A stretch of DNA of 42,687 nt, taken from contig JBBDTI010000033.1 in NCBI GenBank assembly GCA_040904565.1, forward strand, positions 1 through 42,687. The letters run 5' to 3'. The translations under genes and the position numbers were made by a program. Position 1 is the first letter of the stretch, and each line of letters opens with the position of its first letter. Below, piece by piece: positions 1 to 7,700 of the stretch. Under the pieces are notes generated by a model that was not told where the DNA came from, did not search any database, and saw nothing but the letters and a program-made list of their open reading frames with translations. The DNA is from Rhodothermales bacterium (GTDB lineage Bacteria; Bacteroidota; Rhodothermia; Rhodothermales; VXPQ01).

Positions 1-393
1 ATCCCACGGGCCCGTCAGTTCCTTGAGTGCTGCGCGGCCGGGTTCGAGTGCGCGGGCTCCCGGTCCCCATCCGAAGACCATGTCCCAGAGTACACGGCAC
101 CGGTAGGCGAAGCCCCTTGCTGACTCTAGGATGCCGCGTCGGACATTGGAGGAGCTCTGAAAAGGTGGGGGAAAGGCTGATGTCTTCATGGACAGTACCG
201 CCTCATACCAGTCGAGTCGTAAGCTATACGTTACACCTATGACCGAGCCCATTGATACGCCTACGATGGCGTCCGGTACGAGCCCTTCGTGCTCCAGGGC
301 TCGCAGCACGCCGGCATGCGAGAATCCGCGGGCGCCGCCGCCCGCCAGAACCAGCGTAAAGGGCCTCGGATGATCGATGCGATCAACGTCCAT
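1..393 (-). CDS. Patatin-like phospholipase (5' part; runs off the left edge)
   Basis: Not in the ORF track. Hand translation from ATG at 393 gives MDVDRIDHPRPFTLVLAGGGARGFSHAGVLRALEHEGLVPDAIVGVSMGSVIG..., with the glycine-rich GGGARG loop and the G-x-S-x-G nucleophile (GVSMG). Frame stays open to base 1. Confidence 0.9.
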   Translation of the reverse strand, partial: MDVDRIDHPRPFTLVLAGGGARGFSHAGVLRALEHEGLVPDAIVGVSMGSVIGVTYSLRLDWYEAVLSMKTSAFPPPFQSSSNVRRGILESARGFAYRCRVLWDMVFGWGPGARALEPGRAALKELTGPWD

Positions 394-460
394 CGAATGG
401 TCTCAAGTAACGTCAAATCACGATTTCATCGGATGATGTCCGATAATGTCGTCAGAATGA

Positions 461-499
461 CCTGAACACCACCTTAAGTGCATCTTAAATTCCTTTCAG
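461..499 (-). promoter_or_regulatory. Tandem 11-bp-periodic response-regulator box (copy A), upstream of the patatin gene
   Basis: + strand CCTGAA-N5-CCTTAA-N6-CTTAAA-TTCCTTTCAG; aligns without gaps to 6720-6758. Confidence 0.7.
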
Positions 500-520
500 G
501 TGAAGTGCGGGCCTCCGTGT

Positions 521-1270
521 TCACCGCCACAAACGGACCCCGAAGACCACCGCGCCGTCATTCGGATCCTCGCCATCGCCTCGGGCGAGATCGGCCGTCT
601 CTCCGAACATCCACCGCTGCGTATAGCCGACGTAGGGTGCGAACTTGCGATGGAACTCGTAGCGAAGGCGTACACCGAGCTCGACGTCATTGACGCCTGA
701 GCCGACGCCCCAATCGGGCACCGACTGCACGGCGGCACGAGCTTCCACTTCCGGTTCCAGGATCAGTCGCTGCGTGAAGAGCACGTTGTACGACGCAGTG
801 AACTCGGCGGAGACGTCGCCTTCATGGCTGACGTAAAGCGTCGGCTCGACCTCGAACAGGTAGGGAGCCAGGCCCTGCATACCCGCGGCGAGAAATCCGC
901 GCCTGGCATCGTCGCGCCCCCAGCGTACGTCGGTGCGGACGCCGGCGACGGCATCAAAGTAGGGCGTGACGAGCCGACCGTACAGAGCCTCGATCTCCGC
1001 CTCGCCCTCGCCGTTCAGGCCTTCCCGGGTCGACTGTTCCCCCTCGGCGCGAATCCACGCTCGATTGATGTCGCCACCGAACCAGCCTATCGCTTCCAGT
1101 CCGATCGGACGTTCAGACGGCTGCGGGGCGTACTCCAACTGGTCGAAAAGGAAGAAGACGTAAGGTTTGTCGTCGGGGATCTGTGCCGACGCCGACGGCG
1201 GCGCGGCGACTCCCGCCACCAGAAGGGCAGTAACGACCGTCCAGTATGCGCATTCGAGGTATTTATTCAT
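521..1270 (-). CDS. copB: Copper resistance protein B (CopB/PcoB outer-membrane barrel)
   Basis: Start reassigned to MNKYLEC (1270). Signal peptide ending ASA-Q; motifs FDQLEY, GWFGGDINRAW, QGLAPYLFEVE, LRYEFHRKFAPYVG; ends GVRLWR; directly downstream of copA. Confidence 0.9.
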   Translation of the reverse strand: MNKYLECAYWTVVTALLVAGVAAPPSASAQIPDDKPYVFFLFDQLEYAPQPSERPIGLEAIGWFGGDINRAWIRAEGEQSTREGLNGEGEAEIEALYGRLVTPYFDAVAGVRTDVRWGRDDARRGFLAAGMQGLAPYLFEVEPTLYVSHEGDVSAEFTASYNVLFTQRLILEPEVEARAAVQSVPDWGVGSGVNDVELGVRLRYEFHRKFAPYVGYTQRWMFGETADLARGDGEDPNDGAVVFGVRLWR

Positions 1271-1332
1271 CTCGTTTGATCTCTTACTGAGTGAGTGACG
1301 GCAGGTGCTCCAGGCTTTGTCTCTCATTCGTG

Positions 1333-3288
1333 TCACCGCTCGGCACGTACGACATCGTAGTAGAACTGCTCGTCGGATCCCGGTCTCGGTCCGACGTAGA
1401 AGACGCGTGCCATCCCCGTGTCCATGTGGTAAAGGATGTGGCAGTGGAAAAACCAGGGGCCCGACTCGTTCATCGTTATCAGCCCCGAAACCCGCTCGGC
1501 GGGCTTCACGAGAATCGTGTCGATCAGCGGACATCGCTCGCCATGGCCGTTCTCCAGCTCCATGAACATGCCGTGCAGGTGCATCGGATGGTTCATCATG
1601 GTGTCGTTGACGATGGTGAGCCGGATGCGCTCTCCATATTCGGTAAGGATCGGTTCGGCCTCGGAGAATTCGACGCCGTCGATCCCCCACATGAAGCGCT
1701 CCATGTTACCTGTCAGATGCAGCTCGATCTCGCGGTCGGGGGCGCGAAACTCGGGCTTGCTATCGAGCGCTCGAAGATCGGTATACGTCAGCACGTTGCG
1801 CCCATCGTTTCCCAGTCCTATGCCCGGCTCGTGAAGCCGGGAGCGGGTCATCATCGGGAGGCCCGCATGGCCCGGACCGTGCCCGCGGTCGGGATCGTGC
1901 GTCACCGGTTCGGGTAGAGTGCCGGGCGGACGCAAACTCCCACCGCTCATCTCGTCGTCATCCATCCCCTCGTGACCCATCCCGTCGTGCCCCATCCCGT
2001 CGTGATCCATGCCCCCGTGCTCCGCGCCGTTCATCTCTCGGCTGTCGCCGCCGCCATGGTCCATCCCGTCCATTCCTTCCATACCGTCGTGCACCATGCC
2101 CATGTCGGCCATCGTGAGCACCGGACGCTTCCGGGCCTCGGGAATGGGAGCCTGCATCCCTTCTCGCGGCGCGAGCGTTCCCCGCGCGTAGCCGCTCCGG
2201 TCGATCGCCTCGGCGAAGACGGTATAGGCCCGATCCTCGCTGCCGGGCTCGACGACGACGTCGTAACGTTCCGCGACACCGATGCGGAATTCCTCGGTCC
2301 GAACCCGCTCGACGTGCTGACCGCTCACCTGTACCACGTCCATTTCCAATCCCGGCAGACGCACGTCGAAGATGGTCGCGGCGCTCGCGTTGACGAAGCG
2401 AAGGCGGACTCGCTCGCCGGGATGGAAGAGTCCGGTCCAGTTCGCTCCGGGCGACTGGCCGTTCGTGAGGAACGTGTACGTGGCTCCCGTCACATCGGAA
2501 ATGTCGGTGGCTTCCATCCGCATGCGCTTCCAGGCGAGCCGATCGGCCACCGTGTCCCACAGTCCGTTTTCCCCTACGTCGTCCCAGAAATCGCCTACCG
2601 TGCGTTTCTGGAAATTGTAATAGCCTTCACCTTTTTTCAGGTTGGCCAGGATGGCATGGGGATCCTCGAACGTCCAGTCCGACAGCACGATCACGTGCTC
2701 CCGGTCGTACGTCACCGGATCCGAACCGGCCGGGTCGATCACCAGCGGACCGTAGTGCCCCAGCTGCTCCTGAAGGCCGGAGTGGCTGTGGTACCAGTAC
2801 GTTCCGTACTGGCGAACGGGAAATTGCACCTCGAACGTCTCACCGGGTGGCAGGCCGGGAAAGTTGATCTCCGGCACGCCGTCGAAGCGGTTCGGAATCA
2901 ACAGGCCGTGCCAGTGGATGGACGTGTCCACGTCGAGGCGGTTCGTGTACCGGAGCACGGCCTCCTCGCCTTCCTGGAGGCGAATGAGCGGGCCGGGCAC
3001 GCTGCCGTTGAGTGTGATGGAGCTCGTACGCCGTCCGTCGATCTCGAAGGAAGTCCGGCTGATCTCCAGGTCGTATTCCACGCGGTTTCCGACACGCCGG
3101 GTTGGCTCGAGAGCGGCCGGACGGACGCGACCGCCCGAATTCTCTAGAGGCGGCACGGTACGAGCCCAGGCCGGCAACAGCGACTGAATGCCGGTTAGGG
3201 CTGCTAGGGCGCCGGCGCTGCGGAGGAAGTGCCGTCGTGAGAGGGCGTGTTTCGTAAAGGATTGCGACTCTCGTGCGTTGCGCATCAT
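1333..3288 (-). CDS. copA: CopA/PcoA-family copper-resistance multicopper oxidase, Tat-exported
   Basis: Tat signal SRRHFL; Cu motifs HWHG, YWYHSH, HPMHLHG, HCHILYHMDTGM; Met/His-rich insert. Confidence 0.95.
   Translation of the reverse strand: MMRNARESQSFTKHALSRRHFLRSAGALAALTGIQSLLPAWARTVPPLENSGGRVRPAALEPTRRVGNRVEYDLEISRTSFEIDGRRTSSITLNGSVPGPLIRLQEGEEAVLRYTNRLDVDTSIHWHGLLIPNRFDGVPEINFPGLPPGETFEVQFPVRQYGTYWYHSHSGLQEQLGHYGPLVIDPAGSDPVTYDREHVIVLSDWTFEDPHAILANLKKGEGYYNFQKRTVGDFWDDVGENGLWDTVADRLAWKRMRMEATDISDVTGATYTFLTNGQSPGANWTGLFHPGERVRLRFVNASAATIFDVRLPGLEMDVVQVSGQHVERVRTEEFRIGVAERYDVVVEPGSEDRAYTVFAEAIDRSGYARGTLAPREGMQAPIPEARKRPVLTMADMGMVHDGMEGMDGMDHGGGDSREMNGAEHGGMDHDGMGHDGMGHEGMDDDEMSGGSLRPPGTLPEPVTHDPDRGHGPGHAGLPMMTRSRLHEPGIGLGNDGRNVLTYTDLRALDSKPEFRAPDREIELHLTGNMERFMWGIDGVEFSEAEPILTEYGERIRLTIVNDTMMNHPMHLHGMFMELENGHGERCPLIDTILVKPAERVSGLITMNESGPWFFHCHILYHMDTGMARVFYVGPRPGSDEQFYYDVVRAER
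1962..2021. repeat. Four imperfect 15-nt tandem repeats encoding H-D/E/G-G-M-G/D in copA
   Basis: Units ccatcccctcgtgac / ccatcccgtcgtgcc / ccatcccgtcgtgat / ccatgcccccgtgct. Confidence 0.8.
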
Positions 3289-3390
3289 ACGTTCGTTCGT
3301 GTGGTAGGTCGGAAGTCCGGATGGACGCGCCGATACACGCGGCGCGCGGAAAGTTAGATGAGCGGGTCTCGAGAGGCGACGAAGGATAGC

Positions 3391-4455
3391 TTATCGGAGG
3401 GACGATGCTTCCAGCGAACGCACGTAAAGGGTGCCGTCACCGTGTACGAAGAAACCGGCCGGACCGGCCTCGGGTGCGCCGGCGTGTGGATGCGTGACAA
3501 GCTCCTCGCCGAGATAGCCGCGAAAGTGTGTCCCGTCGGCTACAGCCCGAAATCCGAGCCACCCGGAAACGTCGGCGACGGCTTCATCGAGGACTTGCTC
3601 GGTCCCGTTCTCCACAAGGCCCTGCAACATCCGGTCGTCACGAATCTCGAGATAGTGGTAGTTCTGGGCGTCCTTCACGTGATGGACGAGTCGAATGGAG
3701 CCGTCGAATTCGTCGAGGCGAACCTCGCCGCGCACCTCGACGCTGCCGATCGCCCCACCCGCCGTGAACAGGGTTGGACCGCCGACGTTGCTAATTGCCA
3801 GCGATGAATCGGCCTCTGAAAATTCGATGGTGGGAGGGTTGTCTCCACCCTGAACGAGTGAGAGCTCGCGCTCGAAGAGATTGGAGGGGTTCCGGCCCGG
3901 GACGATGCGCCATGCGTTCTCTCCGAAATATTCTACACGCGCCTCCATGCCCGGTTCGATGGTGGGCCCGCGATTATCGATCGTGCGTTCGACGGACTGT
4001 ACGCCGAGGCCGTGCTCGAATACGAGCCGCGCGCCCAGATCTCCGGTACGGACGAGGAGCGCCAGTCCGCCGGCTCCGACGACAAACAGGATCACGTGGG
4101 GCCAGGCGGCGCCAAGCTCCCGCCGCCGGCTCCACCAGTAATACGCGATTCGAAGTACGGCGTAGACGCCGAAGAACCAGAGCGTCAGCTCCGCTGCATC
4201 GGCGTGGTCCGTGACGTGGGGAACGAGCTCCGAAGGAAGGTCGAATCCGTCCGCGGCCGCTTCCCCGGTGAGGTAGGCGGCGAGGGCACCGATCGCTCCG
4301 AGCACGAAGGCAGCGACCGCCGCGCCGTGGACGGCGACCTTCTTGCGCATCAGCACCGCAATCAGGTCCACCAGTACCGCAAGAGGCAGCAGCGCCACCG
4401 GGAAGTGCACAATGAGGGGATGGAGATTGGGGGCCCACTCCGGAAGCTGAAGCAT
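3391..4455 (-). CDS. DUF2231-type membrane protein fused to a C-terminal beta-sandwich (concanavalin/DUF1080-like) domain
   Basis: N-terminal NLHPLIVHFPVAL, about four TM helices and TGDLGARLVFEHGLGV are typical of DUF2231; the soluble beta-rich C-terminal half ends like LamG/DUF1080 domains. Confidence 0.75.
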   Translation of the reverse strand: MLQLPEWAPNLHPLIVHFPVALLPLAVLVDLIAVLMRKKVAVHGAAVAAFVLGAIGALAAYLTGEAAADGFDLPSELVPHVTDHADAAELTLWFFGVYAVLRIAYYWWSRRRELGAAWPHVILFVVGAGGLALLVRTGDLGARLVFEHGLGVQSVERTIDNRGPTIEPGMEARVEYFGENAWRIVPGRNPSNLFERELSLVQGGDNPPTIEFSEADSSLAISNVGGPTLFTAGGAIGSVEVRGEVRLDEFDGSIRLVHHVKDAQNYHYLEIRDDRMLQGLVENGTEQVLDEAVADVSGWLGFRAVADGTHFRGYLGEELVTHPHAGAPEAGPAGFFVHGDGTLYVRSLEASSLR

Positions 4456-4473
4456 ATCTATGGGGGAACGGCG

Positions 4474-5184
4474 TTAGTGGGGTTTAGAGGCTTCGATCAT
4501 CCTGAAGATGCCGTTTCCGGTTAGCGACGTGACGTTCTGGATGGTCCAGCCCGCTTGCCGCACGTTGTCAACCGTGCGACGGGCTACGTGCACGCCGGAG
4601 AACCAGTGTACGACAGGGTCGAGGGCATCCATGAGACGGCCCGGCCAGCCGTCGGCTCGAACATGTTCGAGGAGCAGGAGGCGTCCGCCCGGTCGAGCGA
4701 CGCGGAGCGCCTCTCGAAGCCCCTGGACGGGATTCGGCACCGAGCAAAACACGAATGTGGCTACGACGTCGTCGAATGTGTCGACGTCGATCTCGAGATG
4801 CTGCGCATCCATTTTCAGGAGACACGTGCGTCGGTCGGGATACCTCTCTACCGTGCGGCGAGCGCGCCGGAGCATCCGCTCGGACAAATCGACTGCGACA
4901 ACTCGAACGACCGGCGGATAATACGGGACGTTTTTGCCTGTACCCACACCGATCTCCAACACGTCCGGCCCTCGAACATTCGACCAGAGGTGCTCTCGCC
5001 AGGAAGCATAGAGCATGCGCTCGATGGGCACCTCTAGCAGATCGTAGAACGGTGCCACGAGATCGTACCGTCGCCGTGTATGACGCGTGGCGTGATCATC
5101 ACCAGCGCCACGACGGGCGCTACTTTTGCCGGCCGCTTTAGAGCGGGCGGTGGTGTGAGTTTTCGACTCACGCGGAATCGTCAT
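4474..5184 (-). CDS. Class I SAM-dependent methyltransferase (UbiE/PmtA-like)
   Basis: VLEIGVGTGKN motif I, AVDLSERML, FDDVVATFVFCSVPNP, LLEHVR; 4-nt overlap with the upstream SHOCT gene. Confidence 0.9.
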   Translation of the reverse strand: MTIPRESKTHTTARSKAAGKSSARRGAGDDHATRHTRRRYDLVAPFYDLLEVPIERMLYASWREHLWSNVRGPDVLEIGVGTGKNVPYYPPVVRVVAVDLSERMLRRARRTVERYPDRRTCLLKMDAQHLEIDVDTFDDVVATFVFCSVPNPVQGLREALRVARPGGRLLLLEHVRADGWPGRLMDALDPVVHWFSGVHVARRTVDNVRQAGWTIQNVTSLTGNGIFRMIEASKPH

Positions 5185-5408
5185 TCGAAGTCACCGTTCT
5201 TCTGGAGCCGAGACTTGCGCTCCTCATAGTCCTCCGTCGAAATCTCGCCGGCTGCATACCGCTGCTCGAGTACCTCAAGCGGAGTTTTTCGTCGGGGTCT
5301 CGTTGAGCGGCTTCGGGCAATTAAGAGGACGATCGCCACGGTGGCGACAATCCAAAGGATCAACCACCCCCAGTGCATGCCCCACATCCAGTCGTGTCCG
5401 TTAAACAT
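5181..5408 (-). CDS. SHOCT-domain small membrane protein
   Basis: GHDWMWGMHWGW N-terminus, one TM helix, TPLEVLEQRYAAGEISTEDYEERK SHOCT motif. Confidence 0.9.
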   Translation of the reverse strand: MFNGHDWMWGMHWGWLILWIVATVAIVLLIARSRSTRPRRKTPLEVLEQRYAAGEISTEDYEERKSRLQKNGDFE

Positions 5409-5450
5409 GGCTATATTTCTGGCAAGTCAATTGGCGTAACGATGATGCCC

Positions 5451-5633
5451 TTATCGTGAAAGCCGGCGTCTCCGTTCTTCGTACTCCTCCGTAGTTAGCT
5501 TCCCCGATGCGTACTGGTGCTGGAGCTTTTCGAGTGATGTTTCTTTCTCCTCGGTGCTCGGCATGAGGCCTGGCGCCAGGCGTAGAAGCATGACGAGCAC
5601 GACGATGAGCAGTATCGACCAGAAGATCATCAT
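5451..5633 (-). CDS. SHOCT-domain small membrane protein (second paralog)
   Basis: One TM helix plus SLEKLQHQYASGKLTTEEYEERRRRL. Confidence 0.8.
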   Translation of the reverse strand: MMIFWSILLIVVLVMLLRLAPGLMPSTEEKETSLEKLQHQYASGKLTTEEYEERRRRLSR

Positions 5634-5686
5634 ATGATGGGTCTTGCCGTGAGACGATTGTTCGGGACCCGACGGCAGCGACGGGA

Positions 5687-6454
5687 TTATCGGTGATGTT
5701 GACCTCTCGGCGCAGCGTCCCTTTGCATCGCGCCTTGATCCATCATGCCACCTTGCATCATGCCACCTTGCATCATGCCACCGTTCATCATACCGCCATG
5801 CATCTTGTTCATCATCTGCATCATGTCCATCATCGACATGTTTTGCATCATGTGACGGTGCATGTCGGCGGGCTCCATCTCGCCGAGTGCGTTTTGCTGT
5901 TCGGTGGAGAGCACATTCTTCATCTGCTGCGAGATGGCAAACATCGAGGCCTGCATCTCCGCATGGGCTTCGGCCGAACTCTTAAGTAAGGACGCAACCC
6001 TGGAGGCATCCGGCTCTTCCTGCGCCAGCAGATCGTCCAATTCCGACCTCCTTTCCTTCATACGTTCGGCGAGATCGGCGTGGGAGGCCATGAGGTTCTC
6101 ATGGAGCCCTTTCAGCCGGTCGACCTGAGCCTCATTTAAGTTCAACGGCTCCTGCATCGTTGGAAGCATGTGGACGAGCATCATGGCGCGGTGCATCGGC
6201 TGCTGCATCATACCCGTCATGCCTCCGCCCATTCTCGACCCTTGCATGCCTGCGCCTTGCATCCCGTCCATCATGTCGCCCATGTCGCCCGCATGCATTG
6301 CCTGCATCATCATCATACATGCCTGCATGCCTTCGCCGGACATGTCCATCATTCGCTGGTTCTCTTGCATAGCGTGATTTTCGCCCTGCTGTGCCGCGGC
6401 CGGCGCGGCCACGAATAGAGCCAGTACGATTGCGAATCTCGATAACGTTTTCAT
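5687..6454 (-). CDS. Met-rich periplasmic Spy/CpxP/ZraP-like protein (putative metal sensor or chaperone)
   Basis: Start MKTLSRF with an AGGTGA RBS; signal peptide AAA-Q; LTxxQ-like motifs LNLNEAQ and VLSTEQQ; about 20% Met by manual count. Confidence 0.8.
   Translation of the reverse strand: MKTLSRFAIVLALFVAAPAAAQQGENHAMQENQRMMDMSGEGMQACMMMMQAMHAGDMGDMMDGMQGAGMQGSRMGGGMTGMMQQPMHRAMMLVHMLPTMQEPLNLNEAQVDRLKGLHENLMASHADLAERMKERRSELDDLLAQEEPDASRVASLLKSSAEAHAEMQASMFAISQQMKNVLSTEQQNALGEMEPADMHRHMMQNMSMMDMMQMMNKMHGGMMNGGMMQGGMMQGGMMDQGAMQRDAAPRGQHHR
5741..5800. repeat. Four 15-nt tandem repeats encoding x-G-G-M-M
   Basis: catcatgccaccttg twice exactly, then catcatgccaccgtt and catcataccgccatg. 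Confidence 0.85.
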
Positions 6455-6467
6455 TGATATCACCTAT

Positions 6468-6671
6468 TCATTTGTCTTCTGTAATGGTGGTGTCGCGACC
6501 GGGCCGGTGGAACGCTTCGCGTCGTGCCGGATGCCGGTCGCTGCTTCTTCGCACGTTGCTTCGCTCGCTCTCCTCTTCGTCAATCGAACAATCGAGCCAG
6601 ACCCAGCAGAGCAGCAGCAGCGTGATCCATAATGCGATACCGACAGCGAACCATGTCATCATACTGGGCAT
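6468..6671 (-). CDS. Small hypothetical single-TM protein, possibly the first gene of the copper operon
   Basis: Hydrophobic N-terminus (WFAVGIALWITLLLLCWVW) and charged tail; lies between operator B and the Spy-like gene. Confidence 0.45.
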   Translation of the reverse strand: MPSMMTWFAVGIALWITLLLLCWVWLDCSIDEEESERSNVRRSSDRHPARREAFHRPGRDTTITEDK

Positions 6672-6719
6672 CAGGCAGTGGAGGAGTGTTTCGGTCTGAC
6701 TAGAACTTCGCCAATCGTG

Positions 6720-6758
6720 CCTGAAACGAACCTTAATACCGGCTTAAAATCCTTTCAG
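6720..6758 (-). promoter_or_regulatory. Tandem 11-bp-periodic response-regulator box (copy B), upstream of the copper operon
   Basis: + strand CCTGAA-acgaa-CCTTAA-taccgg-CTTAAA-ATCCTTTCAG; same spacing as 461-499. Confidence 0.7.
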
Positions 6759-6871
6759 CCGCGTGACGCATGTGTTACGGATGCACGTTCAGACTGACGG
6801 TGCGCCCGGAATTCCTGGATTGAAGAAGTCGCTCCTGCGATTCATTTCGAATACTAGATAGCCCTCATACT

Positions 6872-6908
6872 CTTAAATCAGGCTGAACCGTGTCTTAAAC
6901 TTTGTTAA
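6872..6908. promoter_or_regulatory. Third copy of the direct-repeat box, upstream of the response regulator
   Basis: CTTAA (6872), CTGAA (6883) and CTTAA (6894) at exact 11-bp spacing, then GTTAA (6904). Confidence 0.55.
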
Positions 6909-6994
6909 GGTCTGAAACATTGCGGGCCCATGGGGTTCTCGTATCTGGGCGTGTTGGATCACGAAAGGTCATTTGGACAGAACGACCCGTAATC

Positions 6995-7696
6995 ATGTGG
7001 ATTCTGCTGATCGAGGACGAGGAGCGGCTCGCGAATTCCCTGGCGACCGGCCTTGAGGAGGAGGGCCACGTTGTGGACGTGTCCGGCGATGGAATCGAGG
7101 GCCAATCCATGGCGATGGTCAACGCCTATGATGCCCTGATCGTCGATTGGCGCCTACCGGGACGAGACGGTAAGGCAGTCATCGAAAACGTGCGCGAGGC
7201 TGGACGGAAGTATCCCATCCTCATGCTGACGGCGTTGGGTGACGTGGAGCACCGCGTACAGGGTCTCGATGCGGGAGCCGACGACTATCTTCCGAAACCC
7301 TTCAAGTTCGAAGAACTGCTCGCCCGGTTGCGCGCCCTCCAGCGAAGGCCCCCGTTGGCCGCTCAGGACGACGTTCTGTGCGAAGGATCGCTGGAGGTTG
7401 ACACAAAGCGTCGGCAGGCCGCGCTGAACGGAAACCGCCTCGACCTCCGTCCGAAGGAATTTGCCCTCCTGGAAGATTTCATGCGGCACCCACAAGAGGT
7501 TGTCTCGCGCACCGTAATTGCCGAGCGGGTGTGGGGCGATCCGTTTTACGTCAGCGATAACGTGATCGATGTCACCATATCCGGCCTTCGCCAAAAGCTA
7601 GACGATGCGTACGACGCCGATACGCCGAAGGTGCGGATCGAAACGATTAGAGGCGTAGGCTACCGGCTCGTTAACGACGCGGGATCAGCCGAATAA
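6995..7696 (+). CDS. OmpR-family response regulator (CusR/CzcR-like)
   Basis: Start reassigned to MWILLIEDE; phospho-Asp in IVDWRLPG; GLDAGADDYLPKPF; winged helix ending IETIRGVGYRL. Confidence 0.93.
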   Translation: MWILLIEDEERLANSLATGLEEEGHVVDVSGDGIEGQSMAMVNAYDALIVDWRLPGRDGKAVIENVREAGRKYPILMLTALGDVEHRVQGLDAGADDYLPKPFKFEELLARLRALQRRPPLAAQDDVLCEGSLEVDTKRRQAALNGNRLDLRPKEFALLEDFMRHPQEVVSRTVIAERVWGDPFYVSDNVIDVTISGLRQKLDDAYDADTPKVRIETIRGVGYRLVNDAGSAE

Positions 7697-7700
7697 AGCC

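Noticed and set aside
1271-1690. Long N-terminal extensions in the ORF track (copB to 1690, SBP to 11994, heme fusion to 15903)
   Set aside because: They overlap upstream genes in another frame and precede the real signal peptides, so starts were reassigned.
1972-3147. 391-aa His/Val-rich plus-strand ORF, and the HHATL-repeat ORF at 5693-5989
   Set aside because: Reverse-complement reading of Met-rich coding repeats (ATG reads as CAT, His).
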